Source: Rhodobacter capsulatus SB 1003 (GTDB taxonomy: Bacteria > Pseudomonadota > Alphaproteobacteria > Rhodobacterales > Rhodobacteraceae). Taken from it: 32,000 nucleotides of DNA. Both the position numbers and the translations under genes were made by a program. Positions 31,525 through 32,000 of the stretch are shown one piece after another. Within the stretch, counting starts at the first letter, position 1. Each line of letters begins with the position of its first letter. The stretch covers positions 690,001 to 722,000 of the forward strand of contig NC_014034.1 in NCBI RefSeq assembly GCF_000021865.1, written 5' to 3'. Below the pieces are notes generated by a model. The model was given only the letters and a program-made list of their open reading frames with translations. It made no database searches and was not told the DNA's origin.

Positions 31525-32000
31525 TTACTTGCCCTTGGCCGCGGCTTCAAGATAAAGCGCCTGTTCGGCCGTCAGGTGCAGGTGACAGTCGATCGCATAT
31601 ACCATCCGTCGCGGCGAATTGCGATGCGCCATCGCCTCGAAGGTGCAGCGCTTCTCGGCCCAGCTGGCCCAGGCCTTGCGCATCGCCTCGAAATCATCGG
31701 TCAGGCGCGGCGCCCCCTCGGCGATCTGTTTCGTATAGGGCACATCAAGCTTTTCCGCCCGCGCCTGCATCGCCGCCTCGGCATCCATCAGCCTGTGCCG
31801 CCACCAGCCCACCTCGTCGGTGATGCAGCCCGCCACCAGCGCGGGCTGGGCATCGACCAGATGCGACCGGCAGGCCTCCGAGGATTTGCCGACACAGGCC
31901 AGCTGCTCTGCGGGGGTCGTTGCCTGTGCCATGCAGTCGGCGGTCTGGTTGCCCGCCAGCGCCGCGGCCGGAAAGCCAAGCGCGATCAGAAGCGGAAGAG
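31525..32000 (-). CDS. Exported DUF1311 / LprI-like (lysozyme-inhibitor-like) protein, 5' end outside the window
   Basis: The tracked ORF 31525..31932 stays open upstream to the window edge. The extension reads ..LPLLIALGFPAAALAGNQTADC, a signal-peptide-like sequence. The body has the Cys-containing helical pattern of DUF1311 (W...R...AW..W...RC.FE). Confidence 0.6.
   Translation of the reverse strand, partial: LPLLIALGFPAAALAGNQTADCMAQATTPAEQLACVGKSSEACRSHLVDAQPALVAGCITDEVGWWRHRLMDAEAAMQARAEKLDVPYTKQIAEGAPRLTDDFEAMRKAWASWAEKRCTFEAMAHRNSPRRMVYAIDCHLHLTAEQALYLEAAAKGK

Noticed and set aside
1-32000. Search for known defence or mobile signatures: CRISPR repeats, cas genes, restriction-modification, toxin-antitoxin pairs, retron or reverse transcriptase, transposases, phage structural genes
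   Set aside because: None were recognisable among the supported ORFs or in the intergenic regions. A defence role for the srf-type operon is only speculative and is not supported by neighbouring defence genes.

Overview
Very GC-rich chromosomal segment (roughly two-thirds G+C by eye, not computed) with an alphaproteobacterial, Rhodobacterales-like character. That assignment is an inference from protein flavour and CtrA-type boxes. I saw no rRNA, CRISPR array, IS element, integrase, prophage or toxin-antitoxin signature.

Content, left to right:
(1) 1-12128, minus strand. A tightly and translationally coupled operon of at least 8 genes is built around an SrfB-like Hsp70/actin-fold ATPase (1040 aa) and an SrfC-like large P-loop GTPase (890 aa). 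Upstream lie a secreted peptidoglycan-binding protein, a small Cys-rich anchored protein and two paralogous SrfA-like bitopic membrane proteins. One of these carries a periplasmic trypsin-like protease, the other a DUF2135-like beta-sandwich. Downstream lie a Sel1-repeat bitopic protein and the start of another exported protein. This is my best candidate for an uncharacterised system, a predicted trans-envelope NTPase machine.
(2) 12411-21662. A signalling cluster of two large PAS-GGDEF-EAL proteins flanks a NIT-domain chemoreceptor. A triple CtrA-type TTAA-N7-TTAA site lies upstream of the larger one.
(3) Convergent tRNA-Gly(UCC) and tRNA-Arg(UCU).
(4) 22265-29514. A lipid A/LPS-core remodelling locus: GNAT acetyltransferase, two tandem Kdo-transferase (WaaA) paralogues, DgkA, an EptA/MCR-like phosphoethanolamine transferase, and a divergent OmpR-family two-component system.
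(5) An ABC1/UbiB-family kinase, a NifX-like protein with a striking Cys/His/Gly-rich tail, and a partial DUF1311 exported protein.

Many of the longest ORFs in the track (for example 1208..7141 +, 1977 aa) are antisense shadow ORFs typical of high-GC DNA and were rejected. CDS coordinates are anchored on the ORF track. Hand-derived coordinates of short motifs may be off by 1-2 nt.
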